From Protoeuglena noctilucae (taxonomy: Eukaryota), in NCBI GenBank assembly GCA_958009085.1, contig OY253688.1:620001-684000 (forward strand): a stretch of 64,000 nucleotides of DNA, read 5' to 3'. Below the pieces are notes generated by a model, which saw only the letters and a program-made list of their open reading frames with translations, was not told the DNA's origin and searched no databases. Position numbers and translations under genes: made by a program. Below, in pieces: positions 38,349 through 52,500 of the stretch (position 1 is the stretch's first letter; each line of letters begins with the position of its first letter).

Positions 38349-39217
38349 TCACAACGACGCCAGGACGGTGGTCCACAAGGGGTTCAAGAGGGCGAGGATC
38401 TCGTGCACCTCTTCCACCGACGCGGAATTGTCATCTGCGGCGAGAGGCGAGACGGAAGGCATGACAGCAGTTGCGTCGAGGCCACAACATGGCGCGCAGG
38501 AGTCCTCGTCCCAGGGCTCTCACCGTCGTCGTCGATGATGTCCATGACCGCCTGCGCGACGCAGTGGCCGTAGATCCTGTCGCCGCGCTGCACGGCGGTC
38601 TTGGGCGTGTAGGCCTCCACCACCTCGGCCAAATCCGTGGCGCAGACCTCGTCTGATGCGGACACGTCGTCCATCAAGGAGTCCGTGGCGCTGCGGGCAG
38701 TCGCAGAAGGGTCGTTCAACAGTAAATCCGCGACACTTTGGGCGGTCCTGAGGGAGGGGCTAGGATTGGAGGATAGGCGTGAGGGCCGACCGCATTGCCG
38801 CGCGATGCAGTTGGGGGCCGCCTCGGCCTCACCACACCGTCAGCCTTGCCATAGCGTCGCGGAGACCGCGGAGAGCGTTCTTGTCGAAGCATATCTCTGC
38901 GAGGGGGTGGAGAGGGTGCTCGCAAAAAGCGACACGGTTTGGGCCAAAACGCACGCGCAGTTTCGCTGCCGACGAAGCACGCAGATGTACGCAGAATGCC
39001 ATTTTATTTACAAATCAGCGCAGACAAATCGGAAGCGCGGCGTGACGAGCGCGCCGGTGGCCTCCGCATGCTCTCGCATGTCACCCTCCTGATCCTGCTC
39101 CCAGGGCGACTGGTTGGCCAGCTTCACCGCCGAAACCAGCACGGAGTTGACGGCCATCGCGGGAACGGCCAGCGCCGCGCCCACTAGCGCGGCCAGGGCG
39201 GTCTTCCTCGACAACAT
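38349..39217 (-). CDS. Small secreted acidic Cys-containing protein, paralog A
   Basis: Signal peptide MLSRKTALAALVGAALAVPAMA. Spliced exons to ..NPLWTTVLASL*. Similar to the neighbouring gene. Confidence 0.7.
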
Positions 39218-39577
39218 GGCTGCCTGGGTATGCTGTGCGGTGGTGGCAGCAGAGGGATGGGAACTGGAGGGCTACGGCTCGCACGCGCGCTGTGAAGCCG
39301 GCTACATGCAGTCAGAAACCTGTCCCTGGCAAGTAGCAGCCCGAGACGCAAATCCCCGTGAGTGAAAGCGCCCAATAACGGTTTTAGTATCCCCTACCGG
39401 CGTCCGGAGGGTATGGGCATCCCGCAGAACTGCTCGGGTGTGCACGCATGCCGCGCTTCTCATTGCCCAGAGCCTGTCGCGCGCGAAGGCCGCGCCGCCC
39501 ACCAAGTCTGGATCATTTCAACGCGAGCAGCCCTAGCTACACTGCTATCCGCAACGATCACTAGCCACGCGCGAGCA

Positions 39578-41057
39578 TCAGCACTGCGCATCCACGAGCT
39601 CCCCGAGCTCCTCCTCGTTCTCCTCGATGTAGTCGATGATGCTGCCTGCGGACATCGAACCAGAGAGACCGTCCGCAGTCGCGCCCGTCGCGTTCGGCGG
39701 ACGCCGCGGCGCTGTCGCGAAACGACAGCCGAGGCGGCGCCACCCTGCCACACTCACCGATCTTGTGCACGTCCTCGGGGCAGAAGTAGTTCTTGCCCAG
39801 CGACTGCGTGAGCAGGATGTCGATGGCGCTGCGGGGGAGGCGGCGGGGGGGGTCCTGGATCACGCTGACGGACAAGCGGCCGTGTGCCCAAGCCAGGCAT
39901 ACAGCACAGTTCGCGCTCGCACCAGCTGATCTCCTTGACCTCGCGGGGGCTCATGTCGAAGAGGTCGGGGGCGATTAGGACGAAGTCGGCCACCTCGCCA
40001 GCCGACGCGCAGCCATCGCCTGCGGGGCGGGGGCGAGCAGGGTGTGGGGCAGCGCCTCCCGCGGGCGTGCCCGGGGCGCGAGATCGGTCAACCGCATCAC
40101 GTCGCGTCACTCACCGTCGGTGTCGATGATGGGCATGAGCGCGGTCGTCACGCACTCGCCCACAGCCTCCCCGACCGTGCGGACCTGGTCCGACTCGTCT
40201 GCGGGCGCACGTGCGCACGAAGAGGGATCGCGCTGCGCCCGCCACTGCGCACTACATCTGCTCAGGTGAGCGCGGGCATGGCACTCGCCCATCATCATGA
40301 ACTCCATCATCTTGCCCTGGATGTTCATGCACAGCTCGTCCGAGTCGCTCAGGTAGTCCATCACGGCCTCCGTCGAGCTGCAAAAGCGGCCACTAGCCTC
40401 CCCTTGAGCGGATATGCGCGCGGGAGCTGCTGGCGTGACCCACGCCGCGCGCGCGGGGGCGAGAGATGGCTTCATCTCTCACCAGGTGATGAAGTCGAGC
40501 GCGGCGTCGCGGACGGCGCGGACGCCGTCCTTGGGAAGGCAAACATCTGCAGGGACCAGAGAGGGGGGCGGCGCGCGGTCAGTCCCATGTCGGCACGCAG
40601 AACACCCAGTTGGTGGACGGGTCAACGGCCGTCCCCCGCGGCTGGCGGGGGCCCGGAAACGGGCACAGCCGCCGCATCCCGGAACAATGATCGCCCTTCT
40701 TCGACGACGTCGGACCGATCGGGGGCGGGGGACGTCGGGATGCGCGGCAAGGCCACCCGACGACATGCGCGCCCCCTGCCGCTCGGAGGGCATCGCGTGC
40801 GCCCTTGCCATCGGCCCGGGGGATTGAAAAGCTCAAAATCTGCGCGCCAGGCGCGCAATCCCCCGACCCCGACGCGCGGTGCGCCGCGCCGGGGCCGCGG
40901 TTGGCTGAGGGGTCGCAGAAGCGCGCGCGGCCTCACCCGACGGGTCCTGGTCGCCGTTCATGACCACGAGAGCCGTGGCGACGTGGTCGCGGACGGCCAG
41001 CGCGGGGAAGGCCAGAGCGGACGCCGCGAGGGCGCCGATGACAGCCTTGCGCATCAT
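39578..41057 (-). CDS. Small secreted acidic Cys-containing protein, paralog B
   Basis: Signal peptide MMRKAVIGALAASALAFPALA. Many short exons ending IIDYIEENEEELGELVDAQC*. Confidence 0.7.
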
Positions 41058-41782
41058 GGTAGCGACGTGGAGGTGAGCGAGGGAAGGTAACGAGCGAGAT
41101 GTGGCCGGGGCAGGGCGCGTAACCGGGTCAAGCCTTCCCCAAAACCGGGAGGGTAAGGGGTCCCCCGAGGGTTAACACTAACGGTTGACTGGGCACGCTC
41201 AGGGCCCCCGCGGATGCACATGCGCGCAATCTAGGCGTGTCGGAACATTGCAGAGCTCTCGGGGACGCGCCTGTCTCTCTGCATGCATCTCCGAGCATGT
41301 CACGAGAAGCGAGCTGGACAGGTGCGGCTCGCGACGACTTCATCGAGCGTGGGGGCCCCACGCGCGCTGGAATCCGCGCGCTTGCACGCGCGCGACGCGC
41401 CTGAGATGCTGCACGCGCCCACTGGTCACCAGGGCCACGCCCCGCGCGTCTCTCCGCGGAGCCGCGGTGGCCACCTGCGCTTGCTGTTCTCCGGTATTCA
41501 TTTGCACCCTGCTCACGGACGCGCAAGGCTTTTCGCCGCTCCACGCGGGCCTCCCGCAGCCTCATACCAGAGTCAACCCCCTGGAAGCTGACTGCGGGGC
41601 CCTGCTGAGCCCGCAGACGGCAAAGCCTTGTTTCTATCATGTCGTGTGGAGGGTGTCCCCTGCGCGCGTGCCGGTGGTGCTTTCCTTTGTTTCACTCACG
41701 CTTTCGCACTCGCAAGCGGGGGTGGGGCCGCGGACGCCGCGCCTAGACCGCAACGCCCTACTTTCCCCTCCCTCGTGACGCC

Positions 41783-44700
41783 ATGCCTGCAGGGCGGGGG
41801 CAGGCGGAGGACGCGGAATGTGTGCCGCTCCCCTTCGTGTCGGCCTGCTGCCCGCCCCAGATGGCCGCCCATGCGTCGTGGACGGTGGACCGCTTCATCC
41901 GACTTCAGAAAATTGGCGAGGGATTTGCCAGTCACGTGTTTTTGGCAATCGACACGCTCGGCCGCATGCGCGTCGCGCTGAAGGTGCGTCGCAGCTCCGC
42001 AGATGCTCGCCGCGCGGCGCCGCGGCTCTGCGACGCGTCACCTTGGCAATGCCGCGTTTCTTCCTCTCAGATATACCAGAAAAAGAACCTGACCCCGGCG
42101 CTGCTGGCGTCGGTGCGCCACGAGGTGTCGGTGCATGGCCGCATCGTCCACCCGCACGTCCTGCCCCTCCTGGCCGCGTTCGAGGACGGCGGCTATCTGT
42201 GCATTATCACGTGGTGAGCACGCGACGAACTGCATCCGGGCGGAGCTCCCAGGGACTTCGCAGCCGCAGCGCCCGCACAACTGCACTTGGCGCGCTGGCT
42301 CCCACTGTCCCGCACGGCTTGTTGCAAACACCTGGTCCCATTACATACACGATTACATACATGTCTAATTCCGCGTTTCTGCCCTGCGCACCCAGCGTCG
42401 CGGAGAACTCGGACCTCTTCCGCCGCCTCCCCGACATCCGCCGTGACGAGCCGACGGTGGTCAAGCACATCCTGGGGCCCCTGCTCTCGGCCCTCGCGTC
42501 GCTCCACATTGCGGGGTACATCCACAGGGACATCAAGCCAGAAAACATCATGCTGCAGGTGCAACATGCTGCGCGCATGTTGCACCCGAGGTTCTCGGGT
42601 TGCGCGCACTTTGCACACGAGGTTGCACGCTCCGATAGCAGAGCTGCTGGGGAGACGCAAACACGCGCAGGGTTGCCTGCACGCTCCCATTCCCGCCCCT
42701 CTTCCCGCCCTCATTGGCCTTACACCCTGCTCTGCGCTCACCGCCTGCACCCCCACTCCCACCCCCACTCCCGCACCCACTCCCACCCCCACCCTCACTG
42801 CCACCCCCACTCCAACCCTCACTCCCACTCCCACCCTCACCGCCCCACCCTTCCCCCCTCCCCCCAGGGCTCCCACGCGCTCCTCGCGGACTTTGGCTTC
42901 GCTATCTGCCACCGCCGCCGCCGCGCGCTCACCCGCCTGGGCACGCTCCAATTCATGGCGCCTGAGGTGGTCTTGAACGACCCGCACGACAAAGCCACGC
43001 ATCGCGACGCGGTGCCGCGGGGCGTGCGCCTGCCTTACTCGGAGACGGTCGACGTGTGGGCGTTGGGGGTGGTGGCGTTCGAGTGCATGACGGGCGCGCT
43101 GCCCTTCACGGGGACCACCGAGGACGACGTGGTGGACGCGGTGCTGAGGACGAGGCCGCAGTACCCGGGGACGCTCAGGTGAGGGGGAGAGGGAGTGGGG
43201 GAGTGAGGGTGGCAGAGTGGTAGCAGCAGTGAGAGTGAGGGTAGCGAGCGTCATGACCAAGAGTAAGCGTCTTACATGCAATCGTCTGCATCGTATGGTC
43301 ACTGTTCACCCTTCGCAGTCGCGAGGCGGTGGAGCTCCTGAAAGTGTGTTATAAAATCATGACCGGTGTCATCGTGTCAATTATGCTGGTCACACTTCTC
43401 GTTATTATTGCAGTCGCGAGGCGGTGGAGTTCCTGGACCTGTGCCTGGCATACGACCCCGGCAAGCGAGGATCGGCCGTCGACCTCTACTACCACCCCTT
43501 CGTGAGTGTCACACGGACGGGCGATGGGCTGGCTGGGCACGCTCCCACGTGCACGTTCACGCACATCATCCCACTCAGCACATGTGCCAGCTGCGCTTCT
43601 CAACAGCACGTCTGTCCATGACATGACGTCACCCCAGCTGCACTGTTAACAGCCAGAGACGCCATGCCATGCGCACGCATCATCGCACATCGTCAGCGCC
43701 TCAAACGCTCCTGCTGGCTCCCACCCCACCCGATCCACCCCGCCACGCTCCTTCCTCCCCCTCACTCAGATCCGCAAGCACATGCCCCGCGACAACTGGC
43801 ACAAGCTGGAGCCGTCTAATTGGGCATCCCCCGAGGCATCTGCCACCGCCATGGCAGCCTTTCCCGCCCTCGTGCCCTCCATGTGCCAGGTGAGCCTGCG
43901 ACATGAGAACTGCCAGACACTTGCCGTACGGACTGCGGAATGCGAGAGTCACTCGTCGGAGTTAGCTTCGATCACCACGAGCTGACTGCGGCCGATCAGC
44001 GCAAGCGATTCGCATGGCATGAGACGCCACCACTCATCCCCCTCGCCCCCCCACCCCCTCCATCCCTCCTCTCTCACCTCGCTCCCTGACCCCACTCCCT
44101 CCTCCCCTGCCCCCCAGGCCCCCCCGCCAGTCACTGCAGATGACGGCGCTGACCCCGACCCCCGCACCCCCTCCGCCATCCGCCGCGCATGCGGCTCCTT
44201 CGCTCGCCCCAACCACGAGCCGGACACGCTCACTATCGGCGGCCAGCGGGACCGGTTCCGCGCCCAGCACTCCCAGTTCCAATCCAACCTGCCCCTACCG
44301 CCGCCCTCGGTGGCGGGGTCGGCTGCCAACTCCCTGCCCATGGGGAACGCCCCGATGCCCTGGGGCCCGCCCACGCGCGACTGGAGCGACCCCGCCAACG
44401 CCCCGCTCAGCCCCGGCCGCGCCGCACTGCCACCCGTCCGTGTGTGTGCCGGCGACCCTACAAGCGACCTCCGTGCCCGCGCAGTCCAGGGCTCATTCGC
44501 CCAGGCAGCCGCCGCGGCGGTCCACAAGTCCGCGCTCAGCTCCCCCGCGCTCGCCTCCACCCGCGTCCGGCCCAACCCGCGCGCCCCCCAAGTCGCGCCT
44601 GTCGACTCCGGGCAGTCGGCCACCGCCCCCGCACCCTCGGGGCGCAGCTCGGGCATGCTGGGGATCGGGCTCTGGCGCAGCCTCTCCCGGGGCGTGCGGC

Positions 44701-45160
44701 CCGCGCCGGCGGGCGTGCTACGGGGCACAGTGTCTGCCGAGGGGGGCGCCAGTGACCGGACCACGCTTTCGGGGGACGTGGCGTGCGTGGGGGGTGGGTC
44801 CGTGGGCCGGGCGCTGCGCCTGGCGGACGCCGGGCCGTCCACGGTGGAGGGCGGGGTGCTTGAAACGGTCGAGTCGGGGCAGATTCTGACGCCAGAGGCG
44901 TTTAAGGCGGCGAGGGCCGCGGGGGGGAGCAAGGGTGCGAGGGGGAAGGTGAGGGCGCGATGGGGTGGGTGGGGAGTGACGGGGTGGTGAGGGCATGGCC
45001 GGGTTGTTACGGGACATAGCGGTGGGGGTGGGAACAGTGCGGGTGTGCAGCATAGGCTCGTTTGCACATCACCACCTCACACCTTGTACTCGCCTCACCT
45101 CGCCTCACCCTGCCTCTCTCGCAGGGTTTCTTCCAACGCATGTTCGGTTGTTTGGGTTGA
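41783..45160 (+). CDS. Aurora-like Ser/Thr kinase, tandem copy 1
   Basis: IGEGFASHV, VALK, IHRDIKPEN, LADFG, TRLGTLQFMAPE, VDVWALG. Last exon GFFQRMFGCLG*. Confidence 0.92.
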
Positions 45161-46491
45161 ATCGCTTTCGGCCCCACCCACGATGTTTCTCGACTTTGCT
45201 TGTAGCAGCCCCTCCACATCATGCATGTGCTATGTTCGGTACGCCCACGCCCGCCCCCGACATTGGGGGACCAGCCTGGGCTGCCGACTTGCTGAGATGA
45301 GATGCCGGCTGTTCTGTTCGTTTCCATCCATGCTGGAAACAATAGGTTTTTACCAGCCTTGCACCACCGTGGGGAGCTTGTCATGCTGGGGCCCTTTACG
45401 CTGCACCTGCTACCGTGCAGCCCGTTTCCTGCAGCTGCCGCCCGCAGTCAGCATCGTGGCCTAGCCCCAGCAGCCAGTAAGCTCTCGCTGTCCCGCACAC
45501 AGCGCTTTTCCCGCCGCAGCCAGGCCGTAGGTTCGATCTCTTGCCTGCCGCTCAGCGCCCGTTCGCTTTTAGGACTGCGGCTAGGTGCGCCCGCCGGTCT
45601 CATGCGACCGCCGCGACCGCTCCGTGTTTCCTGTGTGCCTTTCCGCTGTATCATCTTGGGCCTGAGAGACACGCAAGCTGCCTTAGCCTTCCTCGCTGCC
45701 CCTCGCGCACGCGCCTTGATGCGTGACCTGATCTCCAGCCTGCGCCCCTTGTCGCCACACTGCAGACGGCGGGCCTTTCCTCGTTTCTTTGGGAGCTTTC
45801 CTCGACCTTCCTGTGTGCCGCACGAGCGCCAGTCTGGCTGTGGCCGGGGCACTCGAGTGGCAGCGAGGGAGCGAAAGCTGCGCTAGTTATCTGTTCGTCC
45901 CTTTGAAAAGCACAGTTTGACGGGCGGGCGGGGGCGCGGACTCGCGTAGAGGGCGCGGGAGGACGAGCATGCGGACAGAGGCTGCCTCCCGCAGCGAGCC
46001 CTCGCTCGGGGGGGCGACGGATCGGCAAGGTGCCGCGAGTAGGTGAGGCAGAACTGACAATGCGCATGCCTCGACGGTCGAGCTATACTGCGAATCCAGC
46101 GTGCCAGACTTTCCCGGCACGGAGCGCGCCAGGCGCTTCGGGGCGTCGGCGGCTGCGTGGTGCACTTGTGAATACTAACTTGGGGAGGAGGCCTCTCCTG
46201 TGCGCGCCTCGTTGTGTCGCGTGGGCGACTTCCGGCGTGACCGAAACGTGGGCGGCGTTATCTCGACGCAGAGCGTCCCGCTCGCCCATTCAGCGGCGCT
46301 ATTTGTGGATTTAACACACGTATGCGTGCCGCAACCCAGGAGTTGTCCGTCGAGTTTGCATTTCATGGAACCCACGTGCCAGGCGTTTGACCATCTGCAG
46401 TTGCGAGGACACCTCGCCGCGATTGGAGGTTCTGGCGCCCATCGTCGGCACAAGCTGCACACAGATCGTCGGCGCCTCGTGTCCCCCGACC

Positions 46492-49116
46492 ATGAGCGCG
46501 GCGGGCTTCTGCATGGATCGGTTTCGCAAGGTGTCAAGGCTCGGCTCTGGGGTCGGCGGGACGGTCTTCCTGGCCATGGACGCCGTATCCAGGCAGCAAG
46601 TCGCCCTCAAGGTTAGGCGCGCGAGAGAGTTCCCCGGGCACCCACGCCGATTCCGCGCGGGACGGCGGACAGGCCGTGTTTGCCGCGCGGTCGGTTCGAG
46701 GGCCAGCCGACTGTAATGCTTGCCGCGCGGTCGGCATGAGCTTAGGGTCTGTCGTCTCCTCGCCCATCCTCAGGTGTACAAGAAGAAGGACCTGTCGCCA
46801 CCATTGATCCAATCGGTCCGCTCGGAGGTCCGCATTCACGCGCGCCTGCGTCACCCGCACATCGTGCCCTTTTACGCCGCTTTCGAAGACGAGACGCACG
46901 TATGCGTCGTGACCAAAGCCGCCCAGGACTACGATCTCTTCCAGCGCATGTCTGATATCCGGCGCGACGAGAGGACCGTCGTGAAGCACGTCGTGGGCCC
47001 ACTCCTATCCGCGCTATCGACTATGCATCTCGCAGGCATCATCCACCGGGACGTCAAGCCTGAGAACGTGCTGCTACAGGCAAGCACGTTTTCTGCCTGC
47101 ACATTGTCATGCCTCCCTCGCTCCAAGTTGCACGCCCTCGGCCCATCAGCGGCTGATGGCTGCCGTCTTAGTGGGCCAGCAGGTGGGTATGTAGTATCTA
47201 GACTAAGGTCATACCCCTGTGGGGATGCCCACATGCCAGAGCGACATGCCTGCCTGTCAGCCACGCACGCACTCCTGTGCCTGACATCTGAGCGCCTCAC
47301 ACCTTTACCCTAACCTCCAGGGCTCCCACGTGCTCCTGGCCGACTTCGGGTTCGCCCTCGCGGGCCGCGAGCGCGCCCTGACCCTCCTGGGCACCCTGTC
47401 CTTCATGGCACCTGAGCTGATGGTGCACGTCGACCGCGACTCGGGGCACGCCACGCTGCGGTCCGAGGTGCCCCGCGATCGGCGCGCGCCGTACGGGGAG
47501 GAAGTGGACGTGTGGGCCCTGGGCGTGCTGACGTTCGAGTGCCTCTTGGGGCGGCTCCCCTTCGCGGGGTCGTCGTACCGCCAGGTACTCGACTCTATCT
47601 CCGGCGACCCCATCCGGCTCGACGGGCAGCTCAGGTAAGAGATGAGAGAGGAGGTGCGAGCTAAGCGCGTTGAGAGGTACATGCACAGCTTCAGGGGCAA
47701 CAGCTGCCTTTGTATCACACTGATAGTGTGGTATGTGCCTCGTGTCACAACTCCGACACGCGCCTCGGGACTCAGCGACCGGGTGCTGCTCTCTCCGCAC
47801 CCACGAGGCGATCGACTTCCTTCGGCAGTGCTTCACATTCAACGCTAGCGACAGACCCCACGCGACGGAGCTGTTCGCGCACCCGTGGGTGAGAAACATT
47901 GCTGATGCAACGTTGATGACCATACCATTAAAATACCCTCTTGCATTCTCGCTAGGGCGCGTGCCAAATGTGCATCACAGCTGCGATTGCCATTAACCCG
48001 TGACCCGCGTCTTTGACTTGACTTTCGCAGATCACCAATCACATCCCCGCCAGTGTGTGGGCCTACCTCCACCCCACCAAATGGGCGCCCATTTTCGTCG
48101 CCGACGACAAGGGCAGGCCGTCGGGTGAGCATGGGCGGGACAGGATCGAACGAGGGTGGCAGCGGCACCCCACGCGCTACCTTCACCTCTACCCCGCCAC
48201 AGCGCTCGCTCCCCCATCCCCCACACCCCCGCAGCTGCCCTATCCACTTCAACACCCTCGCCATCGCTCTCCCATCCCCCACGCCTCCGCAGCTGCGCTC
48301 TCCACCGACACCACCCTCACCACCGCGCCCGTGTCGCCATGCCCCGGTCGTGTGCCCTCTCGCCTTCACATGGTCGTCACCGGGTCCCCCAACCACTCCG
48401 CCCCCGGCCCCGGCGCCGACGATACCAACGTCCCTTCGCGTCCTTTCCCCGTCGCCAGCCACTCCCTGCAACTCTTCCCTATCAGCCACGACCCCTCTTC
48501 GTACGACGCACAGGCGCAGCCCTCCCCTACCACCGCCGCCGACCCTTCGCGGCCCTTTCTTCCCAACAAAGACGCCCCGTCTCCCCGCGTGAGAGTTTCC
48601 GCGGCGCACCGGCGCTGGGCCGGGCGCGGGGTGGCGGTGGTGCCCGCGCCGCGACTCCATGACGAGGCGGGCGTCGCACCGGCGCAAGAGGGGCGCATCC
48701 ACGGGGCCAGGGGAGCCCAGGCCGCATGCGGACTCGACGGCGGAGTGGCGTCGGCTCGGCGCAGCGGGGCGGTGCCCTCTGCCTGCAACAGCGCGCACTC
48801 GGTGGGAGTGGGGGCGCTTGCGGCATTGGCGGCGCAGCCCGCGACGTCGCTGGCCGGGAAGCCCTCGGTCGGCGAGGCAATCAGCGGATTGACGATTCCG
48901 TGGGGAGCGCGGTCGACGCGGGGACGCGGGCTGCCGGTCACGGCGTCCGCGCCGTCGCTGGCCGGGGACGGGAGCGGCAAGTGGGCGCGGTATCAATCCC
49001 GCACGCGCCGCACGGCGTCCGGCGAGGAAGAGGAGGAGGAGGGATCGACCGTGCGCAGCGTCGCGGAGAGCGTGAAGGCGAGGGCGCGAGGCCGCACTCC
49101 GCTGCCCACTCCGTGA
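46492..49116 (+). CDS. Aurora-like Ser/Thr kinase, tandem copy 2 (start may be further upstream)
   Basis: LGSGVGGTV, VALK, IHRDVKPEN, LADFG, TLLGTLSFMAPE, VDVWALG. Confidence 0.92.
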
Positions 49117-49552
49117 CGGCCACGCGACGCTGCCCGTCCTCGCCCCGCTCGCAGGCCGCGGCCCGAAGAGTGCTTTTCTGCGGGGCCCTTTGACGTAGCG
49201 AAATCCTTTCCTTTTAACTTTTTTCCTTCTGCGCGCACGGGCGGGCTTCCCTTTGCCCCCCGACCCTTAGCGCATTGCGCCGGTCCTTTTCAGCATCGCT
49301 TTGAGCTTCGACATCCTTGTTAGATTTGAGTCGGCAAGCGCGCAGCTGTGCGACGGCTCGTAGCCGCTGCTGTTTTTGGCACGCCTTCCTTCTTCATCCC
49401 TCCCCTCCAATACAATGCCTTGCTCTGCCCTCGTCTGTGTGAATGTGGCGCCAGCACTCCACGACGCAGCGTCATTCATCCGCGCGCTGTGGCATATCCA
49501 AAACGTGTGGCCAGGACAGCTGCTGCCGCTGACATGAGGTTATTCCCTGCCA

Positions 49553-52500
49553 ATGGAGTTTAGGGCCCTGCGAGCACTCTCTGCGTGCAATTCACGCTTG
49601 GGGGGGTTCCAGCAGTTGCTGCGCGAGCAGCGAGGGGAAGCGCGTGGTCCTGAGCTTGAGGGAGCGAGCGAGATGAACGCTCTTCTGGAGGCTCCGGAGC
49701 TCCCGGGGGACCCCATCCGGCTGCCGTTCTTCTCCTCCGCATGTCCGCCCGAGTTCGTCGCGCCGCTATCGCAGCGGCGCTTTCTGCGGCTCCAGCAGAT
49801 CGGGGCAGGGATGATGAGCACGGTGCACCTGGCCGTCGACACCATGACGAAGAGCAAGGTGGCTCTGAAGGTGAAAACGTTTGGGGCGAAGACGCGGCGG
49901 CGCTGGGCGCGCGGGCGAGCGACGCCCGTAACGCCCTGCCGGCCTAATGCTGCCTCAATGTGCCTCCGTGCGCCGTTTGACCCTCGAAGCACGCCTCTAC
50001 CGCTGCCGCTGCAGATGTATCTTCTCAGCTCTCTCTCGCCGGCTTTGCTCAAATCCGTAAAAGCCGAGGTGGCAATACAAGTGAGTGACGTCGTCATGGG
50101 TCGTCCCAGCGTCGCAGCTACCCCGCAGCCACGGATGGGCGTTTCACGCGCTGCTCCGCTTTTCTACCACCCCAGGGCCGTCTCCGCCACCCCCACATCT
50201 TGCCGCTCTGGGCGGCCTTTGAGGATGGCAAGCACCTCTGCATCGTGTCCAAGTGAGAGAGCGGCGGCAGGCGGGCTATGGGGGCGGAGAGAGCGCGCAA
50301 CGGATGTATATAATCGATCTCGATGGCCTGATGCGGGTCTCCCGTGAAACCCGGCTCCTTCGCCAAACTCCCGTCCGGCTGCGCAACGTCGTTGCTTTTC
50401 GCGCCTCGCAGGTACGCGGAGGGGACGGACCTCTTCCGCCGGCGCTCGGCTGTCCGTAGGGATGAACCCGCGGTGGTCAAGCACATCGTCGGGCCCCTTC
50501 TCTCGGCGATCTCGTCCATGCATTTGGCCGGCATCGTGCACCGGGACATAAAGCCCGAGAACGTCCTCCTCGAGGCGAGCCGCGCCCTCTCCGCGATGCG
50601 TAGCGCCCGCGCCGCGCCGCGCCTCTACCCTGTGCCGCGCGTCGCGGCTTCTCGCCTAACGCCCGCTCGCCGCCTCGCCCACGCTATCGCTCCCCATTTC
50701 CCGCCCCCCCCGCGCCCGCGCCGCCCCATCACCACCGAAACTTTCCATAATATGAACCATTTCATCTTAATCCTTCCATTTCCAGGGTTCCCACGCCTTC
50801 CTGAGCGACTTCGGCTTCTCCGTGAGCCTGCGCCACCAGCGCCCCGTGACCCGATTAGGCACCCTCGTGTTCATGGCGCCAGAAATACTCGTGGCTTATC
50901 CGGACGGGGAGGGCAAAGATTCCGGGGCGGGCGTGATGCGGAGGGACGCCAAGAGGGACGCCAGGGCGCCTTATGACGAGGGGGTGAGATGGGTGGGATG
51001 GAATGGGGGTTTGTGAATGGAGTTGATATATGTGTGGTAATGTCACACGGCACTGTTTGTGCATATATGAGACGCGAGGGCGCCGAACGACGAGGGGGTG
51101 AGGGGATATGAGATGTGTGGGGTGGGGCATGCGGGATGGGAGATGGGGGATGGGGATGCAAACAAGTGCACAGTGAGCGACAGTGGAGTAGACGAGCACA
51201 TGCAGAATGGGCCTGCGCTGCCCCTCCCATCTCTCAAATCTCTCACTACCTCCCCCCCCCGCTGTGTTGTGTGCGCATGTGGGTGTGTTTGTTCTGCCCT
51301 CTCCCATCTCTCAAATCTCTCACCACCTCACCCCCCCTGCTGTGTTATGTTCCTCTGCAGGTGGATGTGTGGGCGCTGGGTGTGCTGACCGTGGAGTGTT
51401 TGACGGGCCATGCGCCATTCCATGGGGAGTCGGATGAAGACGTGCTGAGGAGCATCGAGGGGGGGTGGGAGATGGGGGGTTCGGTCAGGTGATGAATGGG
51501 GTGGATGAGAGAGTGGTGATGATAGGGGCTGTGGTGAGGCAGTGGTTGACAGCGACGGCGTGTTGGCCCACTCTACTGACACCATCGTCGTGCCTTGGCC
51601 TGTGCTGACAACACCCCCCTTTCTCCCCCCCCCCCAGCCCCAACGCGGCTGACTTCGTGCGCAAGTGCCTGACCGTCGACGCCAGAAACAGGCCCGACGC
51701 CCTGGACCTGTACCGGCACCCGTGGGTGAGTGAGGGGAGAGGAGAGGTGTTTGAAACGCCGTGTGTGTCGTGTCACAAGCCATGGCTCATTGGCAGTGTG
51801 TGCGTGTGTATGCCCGGCAAGCTATGTGCATACTCCCTCACCCCCAGATCCGCGGCAACATGCCCGCCAAGCTCTACGCACACTCACTCCCCCACTCACC
51901 CCCTCACCCCCTCACTCCCTCTCTCACTCACCCCCTCACTTCTCTCTCTCCTCTGCAGATCCGCGGCAACATGCCCGCCAAGCTCTACGGCTACCTGGAC
52001 CCCACGCGGTGGATGCAGGGGGCGGCAGACCCCACGCCCATGACGGTGAGCAGTGTGTGGGGTGATGATGTAGGGAATTTGTGACGGAGTGGTGCTGTCA
52101 TGCTGAGCGGTGTCTACACCCTCACTCCCACCCCCACTGCCACCCTCACCCCCACCCTCCCCCTCCCCCCCGCAGTCCCCCTCCCCCACCTCCTCCAACC
52201 ACACCACCCCCACCTTCCCTCGTCCCGACTCGTTCGCCATCGCCGCCCTCCCCACCTCCCCCCTCCCCTCCCTCCACCCCCTCGCCGCCGCACTCCGCGT
52301 CGCGCCATCCCCCGCAAGCAGCACGGTGGTCAGTGCTCACAGCGCCGCCCCCCGCCGGCCCCGCATCTTCTCGACACGCCAGTCGCGCCACCCCGGCAAC
52401 CCCGGCACCCCCACCCGCGCCTCCGCTGCGCTCCGGGACCCCTCGCTGGGCCTCTCGGCGCACTCCGCTACCCTCTCTGCCACCGCCGCGACCGGCAGCC

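Noticed and set aside
42740..42867. His-Pro repeat insertion in kinase 1
   Set aside because: It is read-through of a C-rich intron tail, and the paralogs have an intron at the same position.
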